This document shows positions 19,941-29,594 of a stretch of 64,000 nucleotides of DNA, in pieces. Origin of the DNA: Lachnospiraceae bacterium (GTDB lineage: Bacteria > Bacillota > Clostridia > Lachnospirales > Lachnospiraceae); contig JAIDPH010000125.1 of assembly GCA_029062885.1 (NCBI GenBank), forward strand, positions 1,661 through 65,660, read 5' to 3'. The notes below the pieces were generated by a model. It saw only the letters and a list, made by a program, of their open reading frames with translations. It had not been told where the DNA came from and did not search any database. Every line of letters starts with the position of its first letter. The first letter of the stretch is position 1. A program made the translations under genes and the position numbers.

Positions 19941-21066
19941 GATAAATGATATTGCAGAAGAGATATCAGTCAGAATAAACGATCCGGCAAATAGTGGATA
20001 TGACCGATTTGTAGGGCTTGAGCATTATGAGTCGGGAGAAGTACGTATTCATAATTATGGGACTACCGATATGCTTGGTTCAACAATGAAAGAGTTTAGA
20101 TCAGGCGATATTCTTATTGCCCGTCGTAATGTTTATCTTCGAAGAGCGGCTGTAGTTAATTTCGATGGAATAACATCTGGAGACTCCATAGTATTGAGAA
20201 TCAAAGATCCGCTTCTTGCGCGGTTGGTTCCGTTTATATTGAATACAGATGATTTTTGGGATTTTGCTGACCGTTATTCGGATGGAACAATGTCAAAAAG
20301 GTTATCTCCCAAAACGCTTAAACAGTATGAGTTTGAACTCCCTGATGTAAGTAAGCAGGAGTGGCTTGCAGAAACACTCTGGGCCGCTTATGAAACAAAG
20401 GAGAAATATGACGTACTTCTTAAATCACTGGATAAATTGGTTAAATCGCAATTTATCGAGATGTTTGGGGACCCGGTGGATAATCCATTATCATGGAGTG
20501 TCCTTCCGTTAACTCAGGTAGGAGCTTGCAAAAACGGAATGAACTTTAGCAGCAAAGAATCAGGTGTGACCATCCGATGCTTGGGTGTAGCAGATTTTCA
20601 GGATAATGCAACGATTAGGGACATGAGTAAATTACCTCTCATTTCTTTGAATGAAATGCCGCCTGATGAATACTTGTTACAAGATGGGGATATTGTTTTT
20701 GTCCGGTCCAATGGAAATAAGGCTCTTGTTGGCAGGTGTTTAACAGTCTATCCGGGAAACGTGCCCGTGACATATAGCGGGTTTTGTATTCGATTTCGAA
20801 CCAAAAACGATTTGCTGTTGATAGATTATCTGCTACGTTATTTTAAGATGGAGTCTGTACGGAGTAAAATGGCTGGCCGGGGAGCTAATATACAAAATTT
20901 GAACCAGCAAATACTGTCCAGTCTCCAAGTGCCTGTGCCACCTATTAATATGCAGGAGAAATATGTTTCTTTCGTGCGCCAGACCGATAAATCAAAATTT
21001 GAAATTCAACAGGCTATAAGCGATTTAAAAGCAACAATACGTGCACTGGTACAACAAACGAAATAA
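19930..21066 (+). CDS. hsdS: Type I R-M specificity subunit
   Basis: Two TRDs with conserved spacers LVKSQFIEMFGDP and VPVPPINMQEKY...DKSKF. Confidence 0.9.
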   Translation: MHYKINDIAEEISVRINDPANSGYDRFVGLEHYESGEVRIHNYGTTDMLGSTMKEFRSGDILIARRNVYLRRAAVVNFDGITSGDSIVLRIKDPLLARLVPFILNTDDFWDFADRYSDGTMSKRLSPKTLKQYEFELPDVSKQEWLAETLWAAYETKEKYDVLLKSLDKLVKSQFIEMFGDPVDNPLSWSVLPLTQVGACKNGMNFSSKESGVTIRCLGVADFQDNATIRDMSKLPLISLNEMPPDEYLLQDGDIVFVRSNGNKALVGRCLTVYPGNVPVTYSGFCIRFRTKNDLLLIDYLLRYFKMESVRSKMAGRGANIQNLNQQILSSLQVPVPPINMQEKYVSFVRQTDKSKFEIQQAISDLKATIRALVQQTK

Positions 21067-21181
21067 AGTGGCTGCCATACTCCTCCTTAATGAAAATATG
21101 GAATTGTAGACAAGGAGGAGATCATGAATAAGGATTTGATACAAGAAATTGAATCATTATTGGCAGAAGTAAGGAGGAGTA

Positions 21182-24091
21182 ATGTTTAACGAAGATAACA
21201 CGATTGAACAGATGGTGATTGATTCACTGAGCAAAAATGGCTGGAAGTATATCGAAGCTGACAATCTCGGACGTCTTCATAACGATGTTATGGTGGAGTC
21301 TATGGTAAAGGATGCACTTATAAGATTGAATTCAGAGATAGCGGAAGATCCCACACGTGCGGATGAAGTGATATATAAGCTGCGTACACTGATGCTTTCG
21401 GCTCAGGCTCATAACTTGATCACACAAAATGAGCAGTTTAAGAAGATGATTTTTGAAGAGAACTCATATCCCTTCGGTAAAGATGGGCGGATGGTTCCGA
21501 TACGTTTCTTTGGTACTATGACCAAAGAGGATCTGGCGCTTAATGAGTATGTGGTAACCAATCAGTGGGTTTATCCGCAAGCCGAGGGTGGGAAGAGATT
21601 TGATATTGTGCTTCTTATCAATGGCTTTCCTATTGCCATAGGTGAGCTTAAGACTCCTGTACGTAATGCTATTACATGGTTGGACGCAGCCGGTGATATC
21701 TCTGCATATGAGAAGAGTGTGCCAGCTATGTTTGTGCCGAATGTATTTAACTTTGCTACGGAAGGTAAATGCTATCGTTACGGTTCGGTAGGCATGCCGA
21801 TCAATATGTGGGGCCCGTGGCATACTCCAGATGATAAGAGCGAGGGCAGTCTTGCAGACGTTAAGAAGATCATTGTGGATATGATAACACCAGAAAAAGT
21901 GATGGATATTTTTCAATTTTTCACAATGTTTGCTACGGATAAAAAATACCGTAAGTATAAGATTATATGCCGATACCAGCAATATGAAGGCGCGAATCTT
22001 ATCGTGGAGCGTGTTAAGGCTGGTTATCCTAAAAAGGGGTTGATCTGGCATTTCCAGGGCTCTGGTAAGTCACTGCTCATGGTATTTGCTGCGCAGAAGC
22101 TGCGCATGATGCCAGAACTTAAGAATCCTACAGTTGTTATTGTGGATGACCGTATTGATCTTGAAACACAGATAACAGCGACATTTAATGCGTCAGAAAT
22201 ACCAAATCTAACAGGTATCGCGACAAAGGAAGAATTGATCAGCTTTTTCCAGCAGGATATCCGAAAGATAGCGATTACAACAATATTCCGTTTTGGTGAT
22301 GTAGAAGAAGAGCTGAATCCACGAGACAACATTATTGTTATGGTCGATGAGGCACACCGCACACAGGAGGGTGATCTTGGTGAGAAAATGCGACTGGCGC
22401 TGCCTAATGCATTCTTCTTTGGCCTTACAGGTACACCGATTAATAGACTGGATAAAAATACATTCCATACTTTTGGAGCGGTTGAGGATAAGAGTGGTTA
22501 CATGAGCAAGTATTCTTTTTCAGATTCCATTCGCGATAAGGCGACATTGCCACTAAATTTTGAGCCGGTGCCAGTTGAGATGCATGTAGATAAGGATAAA
22601 CTGAATGCAGAATTTGATGTCATGACGGAAGGCCTGTCCATAGAAGATAAGGCAGAACTTTCTAAGCGTGTCAACATGAAAGCTATCATGTATGACAAGA
22701 AGCGTATCCGTAAAGTTTGCGAGCATATTGCTAAGCATTACAAGGAAAAAATAGAGCCGAATGGTTATAAAGGACAGGTAGTTGTTTATGATCGTGAATG
22801 CTGCCTTATGTATAAAGAAGAACTTGACCGCCTACTGGGAGAAGAAGCATCTACTATCGTTATGGATACAAATAACGATAAAGAAGACAAATACAAGAAG
22901 TATCGTAGAAACCGCGATGAGGAAGGGAAGCTTTTGGATTACTTCCGCGAACCAGGTAGCCCACTTAAGTTGGTTATTGTAACAGCAAAGCTTCTTACAG
23001 GATTTGATGCTCCGGTCCTTCAAGTTATGTATCTTGATAAACCGATGAAAGATCACAACTTGCTGCAGGCTATCTGTCGTACAAATCGTACATACGACGA
23101 AGGAAAGACACACGGATTGATCGTGGATTATATTGGAATTTTTGACAACGTTGCGACCGCGCTTGATTTCGATGAATCTAGCATGAAGAAAGTTATCACA
23201 AACATTGAAGAAGTGAAGAAGCAGATCCCAGCGCTGATGCGCAAATGCTTGAGTTATTTCATGGGTGTGGACCGTACTGTAGAAGGTTGGGAAGGTCTTA
23301 TGGCCGCACAAGAATGCCTGCCTACTAATAAAGAGAAGGATGAGTTTGGTGCAGACTACCGCGTTCTTAACAGAGCATGGGACGCTTTGTCTCCAGATCC
23401 ATTCCTAAATCAGTTTAAATTTGATTATCAGTGGATTTCAAAGGTTTATGAATCTGTAAAGCCGACTGATGGCCGTGGGGCTCTTATTTGGGCTTCCCTG
23501 GGTGCAAAGACTATGGAACTTGTGCATGAAAACCTGGAAGTCGGCGATGTAAATGAGGGTATGGATGTTCTCACTATGGATGCGGAGCTTATTGATGAGT
23601 TTATCGAAAAGCAGAAGGACCTGAAGAAAACCACTATGAAGGTGCAGATTGATCTGGTTGCTAAGATACGTCAGCACTCAAAGGAGCCTAAGTTCCAGAA
23701 GCTGGGTGAAAAGTTGGAGGATCTGCGTGAAAAGCATGAGCAAGGATTGATTACCAGTATAGCATTCCTTAAGCTGTTGTTGGAGTTGGCAAGGGAAGCG
23801 GCCCAAGCTGAGAAAGAAGTGGTGCCAGAAGAAGAAATTGACAAAGGAAAAGCAGCCCTTACGGAACTTTTCAATGGCGTGAAAAATGATAAGACACCGA
23901 TTATCGTTGAACGTATTGTTACGGATATTGACGATATTGTAAAAATAGTACGTTTTGAGGGTTGGCAGACCACAACTACCGGTAAGCAAGAGGTAAAGAA
24001 AGCTCTGCGTAGTGTCGTATGGATGAAATATAAGATAAAGGATAAAGAAGTGTTTGATAAGGCTTATAACTATATCGAACAATATTACTAA
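21182..24091 (+). CDS. hsdR: Type I restriction endonuclease subunit R
   Basis: RFDIVLLINGFPIAIGELK nuclease; HFQGSGKS; DEAHR; LTGTP; LLTGFDAP; QAICRTNR. Confidence 0.95.
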   Translation: MFNEDNTIEQMVIDSLSKNGWKYIEADNLGRLHNDVMVESMVKDALIRLNSEIAEDPTRADEVIYKLRTLMLSAQAHNLITQNEQFKKMIFEENSYPFGKDGRMVPIRFFGTMTKEDLALNEYVVTNQWVYPQAEGGKRFDIVLLINGFPIAIGELKTPVRNAITWLDAAGDISAYEKSVPAMFVPNVFNFATEGKCYRYGSVGMPINMWGPWHTPDDKSEGSLADVKKIIVDMITPEKVMDIFQFFTMFATDKKYRKYKIICRYQQYEGANLIVERVKAGYPKKGLIWHFQGSGKSLLMVFAAQKLRMMPELKNPTVVIVDDRIDLETQITATFNASEIPNLTGIATKEELISFFQQDIRKIAITTIFRFGDVEEELNPRDNIIVMVDEAHRTQEGDLGEKMRLALPNAFFFGLTGTPINRLDKNTFHTFGAVEDKSGYMSKYSFSDSIRDKATLPLNFEPVPVEMHVDKDKLNAEFDVMTEGLSIEDKAELSKRVNMKAIMYDKKRIRKVCEHIAKHYKEKIEPNGYKGQVVVYDRECCLMYKEELDRLLGEEASTIVMDTNNDKEDKYKKYRRNRDEEGKLLDYFREPGSPLKLVIVTAKLLTGFDAPVLQVMYLDKPMKDHNLLQAICRTNRTYDEGKTHGLIVDYIGIFDNVATALDFDESSMKKVITNIEEVKKQIPALMRKCLSYFMGVDRTVEGWEGLMAAQECLPTNKEKDEFGADYRVLNRAWDALSPDPFLNQFKFDYQWISKVYESVKPTDGRGALIWASLGAKTMELVHENLEVGDVNEGMDVLTMDAELIDEFIEKQKDLKKTTMKVQIDLVAKIRQHSKEPKFQKLGEKLEDLREKHEQGLITSIAFLKLLLELAREAAQAEKEVVPEEEIDKGKAALTELFNGVKNDKTPIIVERIVTDIDDIVKIVRFEGWQTTTTGKQEVKKALRSVVWMKYKIKDKEVFDKAYNYIEQYY

Positions 24092-24107
24092 AGCGAGGGA
24101 ATCCTAG

Positions 24108-25976
24108 ATGAACGTAGGTAAGGTTTTAAGTGCAGGGGAGATTATTGATAGCTCAGAGCAAGATTGGGAATCCTGGTGTCAGGAACTGCTTGCGTTTTGC
24201 TGTGAGGAAAATGAACAGAATGATGAAGAGAAAGTGAATGGCTATTGCTTTGCATGGAAAGACTGTTTTAAGTTTTTGAAGGACTATATGCCTAATACAC
24301 ATCAAACAAGAGATCTGCCTCTATTATTTGAGTATAGACCTCCGCTGCGTAATGGACGTCGAATGGATGTGATCATCCTGCTTGACACTAAAGTTATAGT
24401 TATGGAATTTAAAGCTACAGCGCATTATACAGAAAAAGAAATGATACAGACTAATGGTTATGTTCATTATATTACAACAAGCCATGATATTTCATTAAGA
24501 AATCATATGGATGTAGAAGGGTATCTTGTAAGGACAAGAGATCATGGAGAAAATCATAACTGTGAAATAGGTGCAGTACTTGATTGCTTGAATTTTACTC
24601 AGATTATCACAGAGTCTATTATCGACCATGTGGCATATCATGATGTTGATGAATGGACTGATTCTGAAACGACAACCATTCCAAGTATTATGGATGCTGT
24701 ACGACTTATCTATAATGAAGGTGGCACGCGGGAGATTCGTTACTTGCAAGATGGAGATCTTGGAGCAAGTTTACCATTTATTAATGGGGTAATATATGAA
24801 GTTCAGAAAACAGGTGGTAAGGCTGTAATTATAGTCGATGGTGTGCCTGGTTCAGGAAAGACGTATCTGGGTACACAGATTGCCTTTGATAGAATAGATG
24901 CAACACCTCCATCGGTTTATATATCCGGTAATGATCCACTTATTAATTACATGCAGACCATCCTTAGTCCTCCTGGCTCTACAAATATACAGGATGATTG
25001 CCCTTTTGTAATAAGCATGAAGACTTTTAAACAGAATTATATTCATACTAATAACCGACCGCAGCACGGTGTAATTGTGTTTGATGAATCACAAAGAGCC
25101 TGGGATGAGAATAAAATGAGACGGAATTACAGTGAAATTGAAGGGTTACTTAGACTGGGAGATAGAGTGCAAGCTGAACATGGATCCTGCGTTATTGTAT
25201 GTCTGTTTGGAATAGGCCAGGCAATTCATGAGGGCGAGGAACAGGGACTTCATTTATGGGAGACTGCTATTGAAAATCATCAAGACTGGCATTATTACGT
25301 TTCTAACAATGTAAGAGAGCAGATTAACGCTACAGGAATAATTACAGAACATGAAGAACTTCATTTGTCTACAGCGATAAGAAATAATTTTATTGACCTG
25401 AGCGAGTGGATAAATTCGGTGATTGATAATCACGATGTAGCAGAACAGCGAAGATTGCTGAATGAGGCTAAACGTAAAGGATTTAAGATAGGACTTGTAA
25501 GACATCTGGGCTATTGGCAACAATCTATGCAGCAGCAAAACTGTGTGGGAACTTATGGCGTATTGGTTTCCTCATTTGTGAATAGAAATATGCTTAATTC
25601 TGCGTCTGAAAATACTATAACAAGCAGCTATATGAGTGCAAACAATGCAGGTGCATGGTTTACAGGTGACTGTAGAGCAATGAATTCTGCAGCAAGTGAA
25701 TTTGTTTGTCAGGGACTTGAACTTGATTGGCCATTTGTATTGTTTGGTGGTGATTTCTTTAGGCAAAATGGGGAATGGCATATGGAGATACCTGCTAATA
25801 AAAGACAGCTTTTTGAGCACCCGGATGAAATACTAAAGAATATATATCGTATTCTGCTTAGCAGAGGACGAGAAGGAATGATTATTGTAGTTCCGGAGGG
25901 CAAAAGATACAAAGAAACATATCAAATGTTTCGTGATATGGGTATAAGGGAAATATCACCGGAGGTATGTAGATGA
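24108..25976 (+). CDS. DUF2075 (Schlafen group 3-like) helicase/ATPase with N-terminal PD-(D/E)XK-like nuclease
   Basis: RRMDVIILL...MEFK; GVPGSGKT; VFDESQR; QGLELD; YRILLSRGREG. Confidence 0.8.
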   Translation: MNVGKVLSAGEIIDSSEQDWESWCQELLAFCCEENEQNDEEKVNGYCFAWKDCFKFLKDYMPNTHQTRDLPLLFEYRPPLRNGRRMDVIILLDTKVIVMEFKATAHYTEKEMIQTNGYVHYITTSHDISLRNHMDVEGYLVRTRDHGENHNCEIGAVLDCLNFTQIITESIIDHVAYHDVDEWTDSETTTIPSIMDAVRLIYNEGGTREIRYLQDGDLGASLPFINGVIYEVQKTGGKAVIIVDGVPGSGKTYLGTQIAFDRIDATPPSVYISGNDPLINYMQTILSPPGSTNIQDDCPFVISMKTFKQNYIHTNNRPQHGVIVFDESQRAWDENKMRRNYSEIEGLLRLGDRVQAEHGSCVIVCLFGIGQAIHEGEEQGLHLWETAIENHQDWHYYVSNNVREQINATGIITEHEELHLSTAIRNNFIDLSEWINSVIDNHDVAEQRRLLNEAKRKGFKIGLVRHLGYWQQSMQQQNCVGTYGVLVSSFVNRNMLNSASENTITSSYMSANNAGAWFTGDCRAMNSAASEFVCQGLELDWPFVLFGGDFFRQNGEWHMEIPANKRQLFEHPDEILKNIYRILLSRGREGMIIVVPEGKRYKETYQMFRDMGIREISPEVCR

Positions 25977-26056
25977 CAGAATGTACCATTATACTAAGTA
26001 TAAGATAAAGAAGTATTACAACTACATAGAACAATATTATTAAGGAGGATTAAGTT

Positions 26057-26437
26057 ATGGATGGATTATTCCCGTCAATGCCAGCGTTTAAGCTGCCCCA
26101 AATTGACATGCCCGAAATTGATTTGCCAATGCATCATATGTGGGCTGATGAGCAATATGAGATTTTAAAGAAGTATATTACTGACTTTGAAGAAAAATTA
26201 GATGATGAGCACGAGGTGGGATTGATGCTTACTAATTTTGGGCAGTCAGTTACAATGCAGGTAACAAATATTGCATATGAGGAATCAGTATTGATGGTTT
26301 TTAAAGGATATGTTAATGGAAACGAAGCAACACTGATTCAACATATCAATCAGCTCAGTTTTCTTTTAACTTCCATAAAGAAGGAACCAGATAGACCTAA
26401 GCGCAGGATTGGTTTTTTTACGGAGAATGATAAGTAG
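26057..26437 (+). CDS. DUF6173-like protein
   Basis: FEEKLDDEHEVGLMLTNFG...LIQHINQLSFLL...RRIGF; AAGGAGG RBS. Confidence 0.6.
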   Translation: MDGLFPSMPAFKLPQIDMPEIDLPMHHMWADEQYEILKKYITDFEEKLDDEHEVGLMLTNFGQSVTMQVTNIAYEESVLMVFKGYVNGNEATLIQHINQLSFLLTSIKKEPDRPKRRIGFFTENDK

Positions 26438-26451
26438 ATGGAGGCGATAGC

Positions 26452-29196
26452 ATGGCAGAATGGATTATAGCTTGTAATCCAGATGAATATGATGTAATAG
26501 GTGCTTTTGATGCACTTGATGTGATTGATTGGAAGCAAAGCACGAATATTGAGGTGGATGACATCGTATATATTTATGTTGCAAGACCGGTGAGTGCCAT
26601 TCGGTTTAAGTGTGTTGCACAAAAAGTCAATATGAAAGAACCGGAAATCGATGATATTGATTATGTGATTGATGATACTGGATATGCAGACTATGGTCGT
26701 TATATGCAATTACAGCTTTTAGAAAAATACGATACGTCTAAGCTCAGTTATTATCAGCTTCAAGTTAATGGCCTGAAAACAGTTCAAGGACCAAGCATTG
26801 TGTCAAAGCAACTCTCAGATTATATTTTTGCCTCTACAGAGACTTTGACTGGAAAGCGTATTACCAGGAGACACGCAATAGAGATACTTGCTAGAGCGTA
26901 TGATCGGCCAATGACTGCACGTAATCTCACAAACATTATTTATGAGATTGGGAAGCATCAGTCGGCTATTTTTGGTGAGCTGAATTTCCTGTCAGATATT
27001 GGTGAAATGAAAAAAGAGGGCACACCGGCGCAGTATTATTTTTCGCCAGCGGTCAAACAGCCAACGCCACAATATTACTATGTCTTTCAGGGACGCAGTT
27101 TTGATGAAGAATATGAAGGTGGATTTCTTTGGGCGCCGAAGAAAGGTAAAAACGGAGCAGTGAACCATCACTGGACAAGGATGCAGGAGGTAAAGAAAGG
27201 CGATGTTATCCTGCACGGGAAATCAGGAAGATTTGTAGCTGTCAGCATAGCCAAGGCAGATTGCTATTCTGCACCACGGCCTTATAATCTTTCAGACGAA
27301 TGGGCGAAGGATGGGTGGCGTATTGATACAGATTATTTTGTTTTTCCACATGCTATCCGCCCGATAGATTATGCAGATGGGATACGGCCTTTATTACCGG
27401 AAAAATACGGTCCTTTCGATAAGAGTGGTAATGGCAATATGGGATATCTTTTCAAAGCTAATCAGGAGCTTGCTAGGTATCTTTTGAATGCAACAGCGGG
27501 TATGACCGATCTTGATGAATATACTCCCGTAAACACAGCACAAAGTCAGGGCACAGAAGATTCTGATAGTGAAGCCATAGATTTATTAGAAGAAAAGCCT
27601 CAAATCCAGATGAAAAACCATCTAGATCAGTTTAAGAAGAAATTACCTGAATTTCAAAAAAAAGAGAAAGAGCTTGAACTGATTAGGAGTCAATTCGTAT
27701 CTGACTATAACATGCAAAAAATTATAGGGTTAACTAAGGAAGAATACGTCGTCGGTCTCGGAACAAATGATTCTTTTTGCTATAGGCTTGAGACAGAATT
27801 ACAGGATCTTGGAAACATTCATGGAGCTACAGCTCGTAAATTTGGGTTGTATTATGGCACAAGCGGTGATGATAAAGAGCAGAAATATCGCATCACTAAA
27901 AAATATGGAGATGAACCGGATGAAGCCCTTGAGAAAATAAAAGAACAAATTGTCTTGCTACGTATGGCTGGGGATAGCAAAGACTATGATGCAATTCGTA
28001 AAAGTGAGCTGGGGCCTCTCTTCAGAGGAAAGATTCTATCAACATTTTTTCCGGAGGATTACCTTGCTATTTTTGCAGATGAACATTTGGATTACTTTAT
28101 GGCTAGGCTTGGGATAGTGTCTGTTGGTAGCGATGACATTCTTGATAAGCAGCGTAAATTGGTTGAATGGAAACAGTCACAAGACGAGCTTAAGGACTTG
28201 AGTAATTATTTATATACAAGGTTTTTGTATTCAACATTTGGCCGACCTTTTGAAGAGGAGAAAGAAGAAAAGGATCTGCAGTCTCTTCGAGATAAAGAGT
28301 ATCCGCGAGAATATGCAGAAAAAATAAATATAACTATTGAACAGTGGAAGGATCTGATTCAGGATCCTGGTATATTCTTGGAAAAAGACCTGGAGCTTAT
28401 AAAGCGTTTTTATGCAGCGGATAACCATGCAACTACGTGTTACGATCTTGGGTTGCAGGACGGAGTAAGTCCATCCACATATATTAAACCTGTCGTAGAC
28501 TTGGCTCGTCGTATATCTGAAAAAATGGACCTTGCTCCGGTATATGGCGATCGTGGAAAGCAGGTGTGGTGGCGTATTGTCTTTTGGGGACGATATCGCG
28601 AGGATGAGCATTTTGAGTGGAAATTACAGCCAAAGCTCGCTAAAGCGCTACAATCATTATGCCCTGAGTTGGATGGTAAGGAAGCAAATGATGCTGAGGA
28701 TCAGAACCTTATTGATGATCTAAAGCAAGCATCACTATACAATGCGGCAGTTGGTTTTGAATATAAAGGAGTGGCAAAAAAGAAAACAGCTGCTGTATAT
28801 AAGAATGGGCATAAGACATATCCAAGAGATAGGCAGACGGCAATAAATGCTCTGGCTCATGCCCATTATGAATGTGAGATCGACGCAAATCATCCGTCGT
28901 TCATACGAAAAAATTCGGATAAGAAATATACAGAACCGCACCACCTTATACCGATGGCTTTTTCAGATGATTTTCCAGTTTCTCTTGATATTGAAGAGAA
29001 TATTGTTTCACTCTGCAGCAATTGTCATAATAAAATTCATTATGGAAGAGATGCCATAGAACCATTAAAAATAATTTATGAAGCCCGAAAGGATGCTCTT
29101 GCAAATGTAGGAATCAAGGTATCTTTTGAAAAGCTCCTTGCAATGTATCATTTGCAGGGGAAAAATGTATCTGGAGGCAATGATGGAGAGAATTAA
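26452..29196 (+). CDS. Multidomain McrA-like HNH endonuclease with EVE/PUA-like domains (putative type IV restriction)
   Basis: N-terminal W..IEVDDIVYIY; internal GFLWAP...VKKGDVILH; C-terminal CE...YTEPHHLIP...NIVSLCSNCHNKIH. Confidence 0.75.
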   Translation: MAEWIIACNPDEYDVIGAFDALDVIDWKQSTNIEVDDIVYIYVARPVSAIRFKCVAQKVNMKEPEIDDIDYVIDDTGYADYGRYMQLQLLEKYDTSKLSYYQLQVNGLKTVQGPSIVSKQLSDYIFASTETLTGKRITRRHAIEILARAYDRPMTARNLTNIIYEIGKHQSAIFGELNFLSDIGEMKKEGTPAQYYFSPAVKQPTPQYYYVFQGRSFDEEYEGGFLWAPKKGKNGAVNHHWTRMQEVKKGDVILHGKSGRFVAVSIAKADCYSAPRPYNLSDEWAKDGWRIDTDYFVFPHAIRPIDYADGIRPLLPEKYGPFDKSGNGNMGYLFKANQELARYLLNATAGMTDLDEYTPVNTAQSQGTEDSDSEAIDLLEEKPQIQMKNHLDQFKKKLPEFQKKEKELELIRSQFVSDYNMQKIIGLTKEEYVVGLGTNDSFCYRLETELQDLGNIHGATARKFGLYYGTSGDDKEQKYRITKKYGDEPDEALEKIKEQIVLLRMAGDSKDYDAIRKSELGPLFRGKILSTFFPEDYLAIFADEHLDYFMARLGIVSVGSDDILDKQRKLVEWKQSQDELKDLSNYLYTRFLYSTFGRPFEEEKEEKDLQSLRDKEYPREYAEKINITIEQWKDLIQDPGIFLEKDLELIKRFYAADNHATTCYDLGLQDGVSPSTYIKPVVDLARRISEKMDLAPVYGDRGKQVWWRIVFWGRYREDEHFEWKLQPKLAKALQSLCPELDGKEANDAEDQNLIDDLKQASLYNAAVGFEYKGVAKKKTAAVYKNGHKTYPRDRQTAINALAHAHYECEIDANHPSFIRKNSDKKYTEPHHLIPMAFSDDFPVSLDIEENIVSLCSNCHNKIHYGRDAIEPLKIIYEARKDALANVGIKVSFEKLLAMYHLQGKNVSGGNDGEN

Positions 29197-29580
29197 TGTA
29201 GTTGCAGCAGTGATTTATCAAGAGGGACAAGTTTTGCAACACAGAGAGGTTACGGTTCTTATAAAGATGGATGGGAGTTCCCTGGAGGAAAGATTAAAGA
29301 ATGTGAAACGTCGCAAGAGGCATTGGTACGTGAAATAAAAGAGGAACTTGATACTGAGATCGTTGTAGGGCGCCTGATAGATACTGTTGAGTATGATTAT
29401 CCTGAATTCCATCTCTCAATGCAGTGTTTTTGGTGCGAGGTGAAATCTGGGAAATTGGAACTGAAAGAGCATAAGGCGGCATGTTGGTTAGAGCCTGATA
29501 ACATATTTAGTGTAGATTGGCTCCCGGCCGATAAAATTATACTACCTTCAATACTAGGTGAAATAAGGTCATGGGGCTAG
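29180..29580 (+). pseudogene. MutT-like NUDIX hydrolase with a single-base frameshift
   Basis: MMERINVVAAVI; one T missing in the run at 29232-29235; then ATQRGYG..WEFPGGKIKECETSQEALVREIKEEL (Nudix box). Confidence 0.8.
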
Positions 29581-29594
29581 CGAGAGGGGGATAT

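Noticed and set aside
19930-21066. Phase-variable hsdS shufflon
   Set aside because: No silent inverted hsdS copies or adjacent recombinase found
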